Shown: positions 17,842 to 28,145, counted from the stretch's first letter. The stretch is 64,000 bases of DNA from a virus (IMGVR_UViG_3300042549_006728); one strand, 5' to 3'. Numbers and translations are program-made. Notes: generated by a model from the sequence alone, not told the origin.

Positions 17842-18204
17842 TTATATTTTTTTTACTAATACTGATACTGTTCCGATATTTTTTTTAGATATCTTTTCAA
17901 AACAGGATAAACTCAAATCAATGTGTCTATTACCACCGTTACTAACATCAGTTATCTCAACGGTATCTATTTTATTATTTGTGGTGTTGGTTACTTTTAA
18001 AAGACTACCCTTTGTTATTCTGTCACCATATACCCTACCGACATTTAAATTCAGATCCCTTATTAAATCGTTACTTACTGCCGCAGTTGAGTGTTTTCGG
18101 TATACTTTTTTATGTTTAGTGGTATCATACCAAGTTGCCCTACATTTATATTCATTTGTAGTTAGTAACATTAATGTAGTACACATTATTAAAATTTTAA
18201 TCAT
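17842..18204 (-). CDS. RlpA-like double-psi beta-barrel (3D-domain) protein; possible lytic transglycosylase
   Basis: ATWYDTTKHKKVYRKHSTAAVSN...VTNTTNNKIDTVEITDVSNGGNRHIDLS. The likely true start is the internal MIKILIMCTTL signal peptide. Confidence 0.55.
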   Translation of the reverse strand: MIKILIMCTTLMLLTTNEYKCRATWYDTTKHKKVYRKHSTAAVSNDLIRDLNLNVGRVYGDRITKGSLLKVTNTTNNKIDTVEITDVSNGGNRHIDLSLSCFEKISKKNIGTVSVLVKKI

Positions 18205-18529
18205 ATATTTTTTTATGTTTAGATTTTCTATTATATAAATTTTTAGGTGTTTCTGACCTAGATACAAAACGACCATCAAAAAATCCTGCCTCAATTTGTT
18301 GATAACGCATTTGAGTTCTTACCATTTTATGTTGATCATATTTTTTCATACTAATCTATTATATATTTTAAATGACATAAAAAAAATATCTATGTAAAGA
18401 AAATTTTTACTAAAATTAATACCAAATAATGAATTATCCAAAGATCTATTAAAAATATCCCCATCGTAATGGAATAAATGTAAAACAAAACCGTTCCAAC
18501 TACTCCATTCACTACAAAATATTATAAAA

Positions 18530-19135
18530 TTATTTATTTTCATCCTTATCTATATTTAATTCACATCTAATTTTGTTTGAGGAGTTATCCTTTCTATGAG
18601 TGAAATGTGTATGAGAGTCAACTGTCATAGTATTTCTATCAGGATTATTCTTCCACTTTTCATGTCTTATAACTTGTACAATATCAAACGCCATTCTACA
18701 ACTATCATCAACAGATGGGTGATGAATACCCCAAGAACCATTACTATTCATCGTTGTATCATTTATTAATAAATTACGAGGTTGTACCAACATCATATCT
18801 ACATTATCTCTAATTCTATGATACCTAGAATAATCGGTACTTAATTTAACATCCTTTAATTTCTTCCATTCTTTTTTATCACACCAACGATTCAATTTCT
18901 TATCAACTGAACCATTTATTAATGCCTTTCCGTTTTTGATTTCGAGAATTTCACCTTGTGGTGTTCTATCACCGACTTCAGGTTCTTTAGTAGGTCTACA
19001 TACATCCTCCAAATATATTTCAAATGTAGGGTGTTCTTTTATAACGTTAAATTGTCCTATACCTACTCTAGAATAGAAATCTAACGCTTGTTGTACCAAC
19101 CAAAGTTGTTCATCTGTTAATTCTAATTTATTCAT
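18530..19135 (-). CDS. Hypothetical protein
   Basis: ORF only. Confidence 0.5.
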   Translation of the reverse strand: MNKLELTDEQLWLVQQALDFYSRVGIGQFNVIKEHPTFEIYLEDVCRPTKEPEVGDRTPQGEILEIKNGKALINGSVDKKLNRWCDKKEWKKLKDVKLSTDYSRYHRIRDNVDMMLVQPRNLLINDTTMNSNGSWGIHHPSVDDSCRMAFDIVQVIRHEKWKNNPDRNTMTVDSHTHFTHRKDNSSNKIRCELNIDKDENK

Positions 19136-19514
19136 CTTTTTTATATTTTAAATATTGTTTAACATATTCATATGTAGACTCAAATGAAAAACATATAGGG
19201 TTACCATTCTCATCGTGTGCACCATATGATTTTACAGGGTCTTTCTCAATTATTTTTCCAGTTTCTTTATCAAATGTAGGCATCGAAGACCAATCTTTAG
19301 TACCCCAATCATTCTCATATATAAACCAAGTAATCCAATCAATACCTTCATCTGTATAATGAGAACTTAATGTTGCATTTAACATTCCTTCTACTTTGGT
19401 TTCCAATCGATATTTACCTTCAAAAAAATCAAAACCCATTCCGTATAACTCACTAAAATCTTCACTTAGACTTTTATATGACATCAGTACCCCTAAAAAT
19501 TCTTCGTATTTCAT
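19128..19514 (-). CDS. Hypothetical protein
   Basis: ORF only. Confidence 0.5.
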   Translation of the reverse strand: MKYEEFLGVLMSYKSLSEDFSELYGMGFDFFEGKYRLETKVEGMLNATLSSHYTDEGIDWITWFIYENDWGTKDWSSMPTFDKETGKIIEKDPVKSYGAHDENGNPICFSFESTYEYVKQYLKYKKDE

Positions 19515-19795
19515 ATTAATTTTGTTTTTAACAATATTTTACCTTCACCTTCTTTAGATCTTTCGATAGACTCAATCACTAAACCTTTTAAGTCTTCATG
19601 TATATATTCCATATCCATATCAACACTAATAAAAGGTCCACCAGATGGATCAATCGCATGATAATTTAAAAAATTACCTTCTTCGTCCACATTGAATAGG
19701 TATCGGTAATAGTCACCACCCTTCATTTCAAACGTATCACCTTCTCTAATAAAAAGTATTTCGTTTCTATATCTGTTTATAAATTTATATTCCAT
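19511..19795 (-). CDS. Hypothetical protein
   Basis: ORF only. Confidence 0.45.
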   Translation of the reverse strand: MEYKFINRYRNEILFIREGDTFEMKGGDYYRYLFNVDEEGNFLNYHAIDPSGGPFISVDMDMEYIHEDLKGLVIESIERSKEGEGKILLKTKLI

Positions 19796-19814
19796 CTTTT
19801 TTATTTTTTATTAT

Positions 19815-20567
19815 TCATAAACCTCTTTCTTTCATTAAATCAACATATTCTTTTTGTTTCTCAATTAAAATATATTGTCTATTATTATTTTTTGCTGCTA
19901 GTCCTGTAGTCCCCGTTCCAGCAAAACAATCTAAAACAACCTCACCTTCTTTTGTTGTTAATAATAAACAAGTTTCAGGTAGGGCTATGGGAAATCCTCC
20001 GTGCCCATATTGTGATTTAGTTTCTTTTCTACCAAAATCATTTTTGGATACTTTATTACCTTGATTAAATGGTATTTCCCAAACATTACCCACATTTTTT
20101 GTTTTGAAGATAGTAGGATTTTTATTATATGCTCCATCTTTATTTAAATCAACACCAGCCGATGTATGTCTTAACATAAACACATACTCAACCTGATTGG
20201 TTAATTGTCTATTAGAATTACAAGGTTGTTGATTAAATCTATACCATATTACCGTATCGTGTAATTTATACATCAATTCTTCTGTTGCAATATTTAATAT
20301 CTCAAATGCTCTAGTAGTTACTTCACTATCATTTATTACATTTAACCATAATGTTCCTGTTGGTTTAAGAACTCTCTTACATTCAATTAACCACTTCTTA
20401 GTCCATCTAATATATTGGGCATAAGAATTGAAATATGCTTCATAAGCAAATCCCTTCCAATAAGGAGGTGATGTGATAATACAATCAATACTACCATCCT
20501 TTAATTTTTTTAATTCTTCTATACAATCCCCTTCTATTATTGATTGGTGATTTACTTTTTTTTCCAT
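19815..20567 (-). CDS. DNA methyltransferase (N6-adenine / N4-cytosine, beta class)
   Basis: ITSPPYW catalytic motif and C-terminal FAGTGTTG SAM-binding motif. Confidence 0.8.
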   Translation of the reverse strand: MEKKVNHQSIIEGDCIEELKKLKDGSIDCIITSPPYWKGFAYEAYFNSYAQYIRWTKKWLIECKRVLKPTGTLWLNVINDSEVTTRAFEILNIATEELMYKLHDTVIWYRFNQQPCNSNRQLTNQVEYVFMLRHTSAGVDLNKDGAYNKNPTIFKTKNVGNVWEIPFNQGNKVSKNDFGRKETKSQYGHGGFPIALPETCLLLTTKEGEVVLDCFAGTGTTGLAAKNNNRQYILIEKQKEYVDLMKERGL

Positions 20568-20737
20568 AATTACCTTTTATTTTTTAATTCTTCTTTTAAT
20601 GATTCGTAAATATCAGTTAACAGATTTACATCATGTAATTTTTTTACAGTTTCCACTGTGTCTTGATTAACGGTTGAAGATATTAATACGTTATCTTCAT
20701 CATCAAGTAGTTGTAGTTTAATTTTCATATTTTTTAA

Positions 20738-21118
20738 TTATCTATTTTTAAATTTTTCATATTCTTCATCACAAAGAGTTCTGTACCAACCAAGATCCTT
20801 TCTCAACTCACCTGGTTTTCCTGTTTCTTCACAAATTTCATAACTTTTTCTCTCTGCCTCAGTTATTTTTTTGAATATTTCATCACTACCTCCATTGATG
20901 TAGAATCTAAGTCCACCAAATTTTTCTTTTACTTGACAAGTTTGTTTATCCCAACCCAAAGTTATTAGATCTTCAATTAATTCCTTTATCAATTCAAACC
21001 AACCATTATTAACATCAAAAAAGTTACAATCTTTAATGGGTTCCCTATCTGAATAGAAACCGTTTTCTAATCCCCCAATGGAAACTAAAAATTCGTTCAT
21101 TTGTTCATTAGTCATCAT
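20738..21118 (-). CDS. Hypothetical protein
   Basis: ORF only. Confidence 0.5.
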   Translation of the reverse strand: MMTNEQMNEFLVSIGGLENGFYSDREPIKDCNFFDVNNGWFELIKELIEDLITLGWDKQTCQVKEKFGGLRFYINGGSDEIFKKITEAERKSYEICEETGKPGELRKDLGWYRTLCDEEYEKFKNR

Positions 21119-21133
21119 ATTTTTTATTTAAAG

Positions 21134-21424
21134 TTAAAGATTATTTTTGTCTTTGTCAAATTCATCTAGATTATCATACAATCCGTTTTCCTGATCCATT
21201 CTCATAATTTCGGATAGATGAAATTCTTGACATTTTTTCAAATCAATCCCATGATTTAATCCTGAAATAAAATCATCCTTTTCCCAACCAAAAGAACCCT
21301 CAGAGAAATATAACCCTAAAACTATACCTATCTCATTTCCTATATCAGAAGAATCCCCATTATCATATGGTAGGTTAGATAACCTTTCAGAAATTTCTTT
21401 ACAAACTGTTAAAAAATCACTCAT
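21134..21424 (-). CDS. Hypothetical acidic protein
   Basis: ORF only. Confidence 0.45.
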   Translation of the reverse strand: MSDFLTVCKEISERLSNLPYDNGDSSDIGNEIGIVLGLYFSEGSFGWEKDDFISGLNHGIDLKKCQEFHLSEIMRMDQENGLYDNLDEFDKDKNNL

Positions 21425-21521
21425 AACTTAATAAAAATTTCTACCACAATGAATCATAGAATTAATTTTTTCTTTTTCTAAAAAATTAATGTAGTTAATT
21501 ATCTTTTTTAGTATTTTCATA

Positions 21522-21782
21522 TCAAACAATTAATTTATCTATTACTATACCTTTTTCATTTAATTCTTCGATTAAAAGTTCTAAGAATGAATCAACACCA
21601 TCATATACGGTTGGTTTTTCATCTTTTTCCTCCATATCCTCAAATTTATAATATAATTTTTTCTTTGTATTATAAACCATTTCCCACAATACCATCGCCA
21701 TATCAGTTGATTTAGTCATCCTCTCAAATTCCATTCTATCATCGAAATCTGTTAAATCAAATTCTAATTTTGCCTTACTCAT
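21522..21782 (-). CDS. Hypothetical protein
   Basis: ORF only. Confidence 0.45.
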   Translation of the reverse strand: MSKAKLEFDLTDFDDRMEFERMTKSTDMAMVLWEMVYNTKKKLYYKFEDMEEKDEKPTVYDGVDSFLELLIEELNEKGIVIDKLIV

Positions 21783-21793
21783 CGTTTTCCATT

Positions 21794-22342
21794 TTATATA
21801 TTTAAAAATTTTATTATTCTTTCTTTAATCCCACTTTGTTTAATACCTTCTGTACTCTTAGGTGTCAACACAAAATTATCAAGTCCCCAATCTCTCCAAT
21901 TCTCACCATTCTTACCCATATCCAAATCATCAACTGCAACCCAATGAGTTATTTCTGGATGATTATGTAGATATTGTTTTATTTCAATTGATCTAGTTTG
22001 TTCTAAATCCCATTGTGGTGACCACATAAAATTGTTTCCATGAACGGTACATTCACTTAACATCGGTGTTAAGTCTATTGGTGGTTTAATACCTCTAGTT
22101 ATATACATTTCTTTCATTTGTTCTAATGTACCCCATCTTTTCCAGTCTGAAGAGATAACTAATTCACATCCTGTTTCCTCAATAATTTTTTTGAGTACTT
22201 TAATTGCCTTATCGTCAAAATTATCCATTCTTACATCTAAAGGGGTTTCGGGATTACTATCGTATCCTTTTTTCTTAAACCTACCTCCCCAGTTGTTTGC
22301 CAAACATATCACACCATCGTGATCTAAAAATATTACTTTCAT
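21794..22342 (-). CDS. HAD-superfamily hydrolase (5'(3')-deoxyribonucleotidase-like)
   Basis: VIFLDHDGVI matches HAD motif I (DxDGx). Confidence 0.55.
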   Translation of the reverse strand: MKVIFLDHDGVICLANNWGGRFKKKGYDSNPETPLDVRMDNFDDKAIKVLKKIIEETGCELVISSDWKRWGTLEQMKEMYITRGIKPPIDLTPMLSECTVHGNNFMWSPQWDLEQTRSIEIKQYLHNHPEITHWVAVDDLDMGKNGENWRDWGLDNFVLTPKSTEGIKQSGIKERIIKFLNI

Positions 22343-22343
22343 A

Positions 22344-22781
22344 TTAAACTGTGTGTTCTATTTGTACTCTTACACAATCTTGTGGTAGTCTATGTAAGTG
22401 TAAGTAATTATTTATATAACCCATAATATTTGCACTACCAACTGCGTTAGCGGAATGAGTTACTACTCTAACAACTGTCTTACCATCCAGCCATTGATTA
22501 ACTAACCATTTGGCACAATCGTATCCAGTCTTTTCTGTAATGTTATCATAGTTGATTGTATAATTCTTAACTACACCATAATGCCATTCCTGCATTGCAG
22601 AATCACCCAAATCGTGATCTAATGAAATTAGATCAATGTTATCCAATCCTACCGTATTTACTTTTTGGACGAACTCATCATAAGAACGAACAACTGTCCA
22701 TTCCTCAATACCATCAACCCATTCATTATTAGGACTTAACGGTGTCCTAACGTCATCTAAATATATTCTATACTTTTCCAT
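22344..22781 (-). CDS. Hypothetical protein
   Basis: ORF only; carries an LDHDLG motif. Confidence 0.5.
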   Translation of the reverse strand: MEKYRIYLDDVRTPLSPNNEWVDGIEEWTVVRSYDEFVQKVNTVGLDNIDLISLDHDLGDSAMQEWHYGVVKNYTINYDNITEKTGYDCAKWLVNQWLDGKTVVRVVTHSANAVGSANIMGYINNYLHLHRLPQDCVRVQIEHTV

Positions 22782-22790
22782 ATTTTTTAT

Positions 22791-23099
22791 TTATAAATTT
22801 ATTTTATTATCCAAACAATATTTTATTATGTATTCCCTCAAATTAACTATAGATTCTTTAAAATCAATTTTTTCGAAATCATTCGACCATCTTTCAGACT
22901 TTTTATCATCCTCTAATAATTCAAAACAACTTTTATTAATTTCAGAAATAAGTTGTTTTAATATAATAGTTTGATCACTTTTTTGTTTATTTTCAACAAC
23001 CTCATCCTCCAATTCCCTACAATAATCGATCAAACTATCAACTGGTTCTAAATCCATTAAATGTTCATTACCTTTGAATATCTGATTTATTGATCTCAT
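22791..23099 (-). CDS. Hypothetical protein
   Basis: ORF only. Confidence 0.45.
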   Translation of the reverse strand: MRSINQIFKGNEHLMDLEPVDSLIDYCRELEDEVVENKQKSDQTIILKQLISEINKSCFELLEDDKKSERWSNDFEKIDFKESIVNLREYIIKYCLDNKINL

Positions 23100-23788
23100 A
23101 GAAATACTATTTCATTAGTAAACATATCCCATTCTACATTAACGGGTTTATTTCTGAATTCATATCTACCATTAAGAACTGCCGCATTTATATAGTGAGT
23201 ATTACCATCGAATACATAACCATAACCTTCGTGAATATGTCCAAATATATGTATTTTAGGTTTCATATCCTCCACAACTTTTAATAGTTCTTCACAACCA
23301 ACATTTACATTATCATAATAAACATAATCTAATTTACCGTATGGTGGACCATGTGTGATAAGTATATCAGTATCTTTAGGAATCATATCCCATTTTTCTT
23401 TTATCTTTTCACCTCTAGGTAGATTAAATGCCCAATTATGGAACTCTGGTTGCCAAGGTGATCCATAAATAACTAATTGTTGATCTTCTTCATCATACAG
23501 ATCCAATCTTTCGTCTTGAAGGTACTCAATAGTTTTATATCCTGTTAATAAACCTCTTATTTTTTCGTTATCATCTTGAAACCCAAAATCATGATTACCC
23601 GCAATAAATACTTTGGTATCATAATTATCTATTTCATCAAACCACTTCATAAAGTTTTCAATCTCTGTTATATATCCCCTACTAGTGATGTCACCACCAC
23701 AAATAAGTAAATCACCACCAGGAAGAAAATCTTTTATCTGTAAATGTTTGGTGTGTGTATCACTAATAAATGTTATCTTTTTTTTCAT
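23096..23788 (-). CDS. Calcineurin-like metallophosphoesterase (Ser/Thr phosphatase-like)
   Basis: Motifs DTHTKH, GGDITSRG, GNHDFG and GHIHEGYG. Confidence 0.8.
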   Translation of the reverse strand: MKKKITFISDTHTKHLQIKDFLPGGDLLICGGDITSRGYITEIENFMKWFDEIDNYDTKVFIAGNHDFGFQDDNEKIRGLLTGYKTIEYLQDERLDLYDEEDQQLVIYGSPWQPEFHNWAFNLPRGEKIKEKWDMIPKDTDILITHGPPYGKLDYVYYDNVNVGCEELLKVVEDMKPKIHIFGHIHEGYGYVFDGNTHYINAAVLNGRYEFRNKPVNVEWDMFTNEIVFL

Positions 23789-23790
23789 AC

Positions 23791-24534
23791 CTACTTCTTT
23801 TTAAATTGTTCAAACCATTCTTTAAATGCTCCAAAGTATTTGAATTCTTTTTCACCAAATGTATATGCAGCTCTTACCATTTTTTCAACTTCTTCCTCAC
23901 TATACATTCTTTCAGCTTGCCATTTAGCACCTTCAATAAAACACTCTTTTGATGCATCACATATATCAATACCATTTATAACATAAACTCCTTCAATATA
24001 TCTTTTCTTAGCTGCTTCTTCAAGTGTTTCTTGTTTAGGTCCAGTATTACAAGTGCAAATATCCTTAATACAACCATACTCTTTTATATGTTCGCATTCT
24101 TGTTTAGGTTCTTCTTGTGGAATGATGATTTTGTATCCCACAAAAGGTTCAACCGTAAAATCAGAATATCTTTTCTGAACAGAAACGTGCTCACAACTCG
24201 GATTCTTAACAAACCATTGTAAAAAAGTATCATCAATAACTTGTACACCATCTTTGATTAAGTCTTGGTCGGTTGTTAGGATGATTTTTTTAAAAGTAAT
24301 ATCTTCAAATTGAGTATCAATAAATGAATACTTTTGTACGTTACCACCCCCCTTATAAAGAGAACTAATCTTAACAACCCAATCATCTTCTTTAATTTCT
24401 TCATCAGAAGTGATATAGATGTTTTGATATTCTGAACCATTATAAAAATCAAAGTTCCTAGTAAGTTTTAATTCACCACTCACTTTAAATAACCTACTTG
24501 GTTTATCTGTTGGTACTAAATGTATGTTTTTCAT
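23791..24534 (-). CDS. Hypothetical protein ending in a ...SEEEV...WFEQFKKK tail
   Basis: ORF. The C-terminal roughly 40 aa are homologous to the protein at 33053-33274. Confidence 0.5.
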   Translation of the reverse strand: MKNIHLVPTDKPSRLFKVSGELKLTRNFDFYNGSEYQNIYITSDEEIKEDDWVVKISSLYKGGGNVQKYSFIDTQFEDITFKKIILTTDQDLIKDGVQVIDDTFLQWFVKNPSCEHVSVQKRYSDFTVEPFVGYKIIIPQEEPKQECEHIKEYGCIKDICTCNTGPKQETLEEAAKKRYIEGVYVINGIDICDASKECFIEGAKWQAERMYSEEEVEKMVRAAYTFGEKEFKYFGAFKEWFEQFKKK

Positions 24535-24535
24535 A

Positions 24536-25036
24536 TCAAATCTTTCTAAGTATTAAACAACCATCTGAATCAAGTTTTGGATTACCTGTAGTTATACACT
24601 CACCTTTTCTGTTTACACCATCACAAGTAGGATCTAAACATTCTTCAACTATCTCAACATCCCATTCAGTTTGTTGTAGTGATGTAATATATTCACCCAA
24701 TGTTTCCTTATGATCTTGAAACTTTAATGCCTTGTTCCAACAATTCATCATATCTTCTAAAGTGAATAATTTATTTTTATTCAATTCGATTGATTTTTGG
24801 AATCCTTGTTTGAATGATCCGTAGTTATCTCCAACCTCATTATTATTGTTTGACCATTTATGACTATTCACGTCAATCCATTCTTCAGCCAACTCATCCA
24901 AATCATAACCACGCTCAATTGATTCACAGTTTTTAACAGATAACCTAGCATAAGGTGCGTTCTCATCTGTAGCATACATAATGTTGTTTACTAATAGCAT
25001 CCAACCATTATCTAATTTATTTAGTTTTGTTTTCAT
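24536..25036 (-). CDS. Hypothetical protein
   Basis: ORF only. Confidence 0.5.
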   Translation of the reverse strand: MKTKLNKLDNGWMLLVNNIMYATDENAPYARLSVKNCESIERGYDLDELAEEWIDVNSHKWSNNNNEVGDNYGSFKQGFQKSIELNKNKLFTLEDMMNCWNKALKFQDHKETLGEYITSLQQTEWDVEIVEECLDPTCDGVNRKGECITTGNPKLDSDGCLILRKI

Positions 25037-25412
25037 ACCTTTTAATTTTTTCTAACTCTTCCTTCAATACATCAACTTCGTATTCCCATTTTTCCATATC
25101 ATAAAGATGATCATTATATTGACATCTTTTGACATTGAACTCCATAATATAGAGTTCTCTTTCTACGTCTTTTATAGTTCTTTTATTCATAATGTTTAAC
25201 CAAAAAAACCACCAAAGTATAAAATAGAAGTATAAATTAAAACACTGATAAATGTCACAAAAAAATCATGATCACCAGTTTTTGGTTTACCGTGCAAGTG
25301 TGCACCGAATAATAAGTTTGTCCCCAAAAGTATTATCATTAAAATTTGACTCATTCCCATATTAAAATTTTAGTTAATACAAAACTAATAATTATTTTCC
25401 AATAAAACAAAT

Positions 25413-25793
25413 TTATTTGAATTTACCAACTGGACATTCATCAATAAGTTGTTTTAGTTTGTCTTTTAACTTGTTGAACTCTTTTCTACCTTTTATCAAT
25501 GTTTTACACTTTGGATAAAATCGTATTGTGTCTTCAAATTTTTCAGTTTCAATTTCAAAATCAAAAATAATATTTTCAATATTCTTATAATACCCAATAT
25601 CAATATCAAACCAAGGAAAGTTTTCACCCCAATTTTTATGTCCCCAACAAGATTGTGTTGTCCCAATGTTGTTATAATTCAATAAAACAATTAATTCTCT
25701 AATACCCTCATCAATACCACAACCCAATCCATCGGTAATTATTTTTGATTTCTCATCTATTTTTTTATATCTATCATTCATAGGATAAAACAA
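25413..25793 (-). CDS. Hypothetical protein
   Basis: ORF only. Confidence 0.45.
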   Translation of the reverse strand: MFYPMNDRYKKIDEKSKIITDGLGCGIDEGIRELIVLLNYNNIGTTQSCWGHKNWGENFPWFDIDIGYYKNIENIIFDFEIETEKFEDTIRFYPKCKTLIKGRKEFNKLKDKLKQLIDECPVGKFK

Positions 25794-25809
25794 ATTAATA
25801 ACTAAAAAT

Positions 25810-25860
25810 ATAACAAATGATAAACAACATTAAAACGATTGTTTATCATCGGACGTTATA
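25810..25860. repeat. Intergenic repeat R1, copy 1, carrying the palindrome GATAAACAA-N11-TTGTTTATC
   Basis: Identical 51-bp copy at 27838-27888. Confidence 0.8.
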
Positions 25861-25885
25861 ACCAATACTACGAAAGTGTTCCAAA

Positions 25886-26083
25886 TTAAGTTTTTTCAAG
25901 TAATGAATTATCCAATTCTATATCTAAACCAAATAGTGATTTTTCAATTACTTCACGTATTGTTAATGTTGGTTCATCTTTCATAATATTTAAACAAACT
26001 AACATTAACTCATTTGTTCTATCAGTTTGATTGGTGAATTTAATCACATAATCAATAAATTTTAAATCATCAAAATGTTTCAT
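25886..26083 (-). CDS. Hypothetical protein
   Basis: ORF only. Confidence 0.4.
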   Translation of the reverse strand: MKHFDDLKFIDYVIKFTNQTDRTNELMLVCLNIMKDEPTLTIREVIEKSLFGLDIELDNSLLEKT

Positions 26084-26085
26084 AA

Positions 26086-26454
26086 TTAATTAAGTATTAT
26101 TTCACCACACATTCTTTCATTATTTATAAATTCCTCACCATCAAACAATTTATCACTGAATTTAACACCAGCACCAATAATTTCACCTTCTTTTCTTTGA
26201 ATAAAATGTTTTAATTCAAAAATATCATTACGATAAATAAAGATTCTATCAATCTCATTTTCAAAAATAACATCATATTTATCATCAAAAATACTTGTAT
26301 CAACAATGTCTAATAAACTAGTTGGTATTTTTATAATATTTTGTCCATTCATTAAACACGCTTTACTGATTTGTGCCGAAATTTGATTTGATTTAGTTAG
26401 TAATAACTGTGATGTTATCTCACCAGTTAATTTAATTTTCCAAGATGTTTCCAT
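26086..26454 (-). CDS. Hypothetical protein
   Basis: ORF preceded by the promoter cassette. Confidence 0.45.
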   Translation of the reverse strand: METSWKIKLTGEITSQLLLTKSNQISAQISKACLMNGQNIIKIPTSLLDIVDTSIFDDKYDVIFENEIDRIFIYRNDIFELKHFIQRKEGEIIGAGVKFSDKLFDGEEFINNERMCGEIILN

Positions 26455-26464
26455 AATTTTTCTT

Positions 26465-26538
26465 TTTTTTTTACAAATATACTAATTATTTTTCATTTAA
26501 TCAAGTTTTATCTTAAAATCACCGTACTGGTTATAACC
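26465..26538 (-). promoter_or_regulatory. Promoter cassette R2, copy 1 (TAGTATATTTGTAAAAAAAA plus upstream element)
   Basis: About 75 bp near-identical to 27075-27148. The TAnnTTTG box sits 20 nt upstream of the ATG. Confidence 0.5.
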
Positions 26539-26554
26539 AATACTACTTTTGTTC

Positions 26555-26935
26555 TTAGATGTTAGTATCTGAGTTAAAACTTTTTAAAATTTCTTGACAT
26601 TTCCTCCAAGAAAAACAATCTTCACCCTCATAAAACCAATCATCAGTTTTAAAATTTGGATGTTTCTTATCATTATCATACTCTTCACCAAAATCTCTGG
26701 TTAATGAATATACCTCATTGTTAATAATTAAAGTAACTGTCATAGTACCAATCCACGCACCTTTCATATATTCATCTTCAATGATCCTATTGGTTGATGT
26801 TACGTTAACTGAATCTGGTTCGTGTTTGAATATGACTTTAAAATCATCTTTTATCATAGTTTCCAGTGATTGTGGGGAACCTTCCATTAACCCATATAAT
26901 CTACTTACAATAAATTCTTTGTATTTGTTTTCCAT
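26555..26935 (-). CDS. Hypothetical protein
   Basis: ORF only. Confidence 0.45.
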   Translation of the reverse strand: MENKYKEFIVSRLYGLMEGSPQSLETMIKDDFKVIFKHEPDSVNVTSTNRIIEDEYMKGAWIGTMTVTLIINNEVYSLTRDFGEEYDNDKKHPNFKTDDWFYEGEDCFSWRKCQEILKSFNSDTNI

Positions 26936-27074
26936 TGTTTTAGTATTTCTTTAATAACATCTTCCCATTGATTGGTTTCGGTTATATGTTTAATTTTGTT
27001 TTCTGAAAAAGAAGATACTTGTCTATGACCTTCTTTATCAGTAATAATAATCTCCATTTTAGATTCCATAATCT

Positions 27075-27148
27075 ATTTTTTTTTACAAATATACTAATTA
27101 TTTCCCAATTAGTCAAGTTTTATCTTAAAATCACCGTACTGGTTATAA
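27075..27148 (-). promoter_or_regulatory. Promoter cassette R2, copy 2
   Basis: Repeat of 26465-26538. It precedes a short ORF start at about 27070 that is absent from the 60-aa ORF track. Confidence 0.45.
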
Positions 27149-27247
27149 CAACGTGTATATTCAAGTTTGCATCAGCATTTGTGCATAATTCAAATTTAAT
27201 CAAAGCAAACCTGAAATATACACGCATCCGTTATACACAATATTTTT

Positions 27248-27436
27248 TTACCCACCCAAAACCCATTTCATTAACGCATTCATTGAGTGTTGTTCATTTT
27301 CACCATTAATGTGTTCTTGTATATTTTCAATAGTTACATCATCGTATTTATTTGGATTTCTAACCTTATCCATTAATAATTCAAGATGTCTTAACATTTC
27401 ATCGTATTTTTCTCTAATTTCGGTTTCCGTTCTCAT
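27248..27436 (-). CDS. Hypothetical protein
   Basis: ORF only. Confidence 0.4.
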   Translation of the reverse strand: MRTETEIREKYDEMLRHLELLMDKVRNPNKYDDVTIENIQEHINGENEQHSMNALMKWVLGG

Positions 27437-27768
27437 AATTTTTCAACCCATTCTAAATTTTTAGTTAATGTCCATAAACAATTAACATCATCTACATCTT
27501 TACTAACAAATCTTTCTGTTATATCTTCACCAGTGTCAACATTCTTTACAGATTTTATTTTTAAAAATGGATTTTGACCAACAAGTTCAACTAATAAATC
27601 AGATGGTTTTGGTGTTGGTTCTTCTTTGAAGATGTTTTTGAAAAACTCTTTATGTTCACCACTAATTTCAAGCGAATTTATTTTACTTTCACGTTCTTCT
27701 GTTAATGAATAATCTTTATCATTACCTTTTATTAAGTAAACACCATTCTTTAATTCTTCTTTTTCCAT
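27433..27768 (-). CDS. Hypothetical protein
   Basis: ORF preceded by a TATATTTGTAAAAAAAA motif. Confidence 0.45.
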   Translation of the reverse strand: MEKEELKNGVYLIKGNDKDYSLTEERESKINSLEISGEHKEFFKNIFKEEPTPKPSDLLVELVGQNPFLKIKSVKNVDTGEDITERFVSKDVDDVNCLWTLTKNLEWVEKL

Positions 27769-27774
27769 AATTTA

Positions 27775-27805
27775 TATTTTTTTTACAAATATACTAATTT
27801 ATTTT
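27775..27805 (-). promoter_or_regulatory. Promoter-like TAnnTTTG motif
   Basis: AAATTAGTATATTTGTAAAAAAAATATAAATT followed by ATG. Confidence 0.45.
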
Positions 27806-27837
27806 TAATTTATCAACCCTCCCACAAAATACTGTGT

Positions 27838-27888
27838 ATAACAAATGATAAACAACATTAAAACGATTGTTTATCATCGGACGTTATA
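27838..27888. repeat. Intergenic repeat R1, copy 2
   Basis: Identical to 25810-25860. Confidence 0.8.
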
Positions 27889-28145
27889 TTCAATTAAAAA
27901 TTACTAACATAAGTAGAAAAATTACTATAAAAAGTTGTATTGTGTAATTATTTGTTGTTATGTAGTCATAACCAAGATTGATTGTTACTTCCTCATTTTC
28001 CCAATCATCCCACTTTTTATATAATTTTTTTATAAATTTAATCATAATTTTTAACTAAATATAACAAGGTATATGTGAAATACCTCATAAAGTTTCTACT
28101 AAATTTTAAAGTTCTGTGGTAAGGTACTTCACATATACCCGACCG

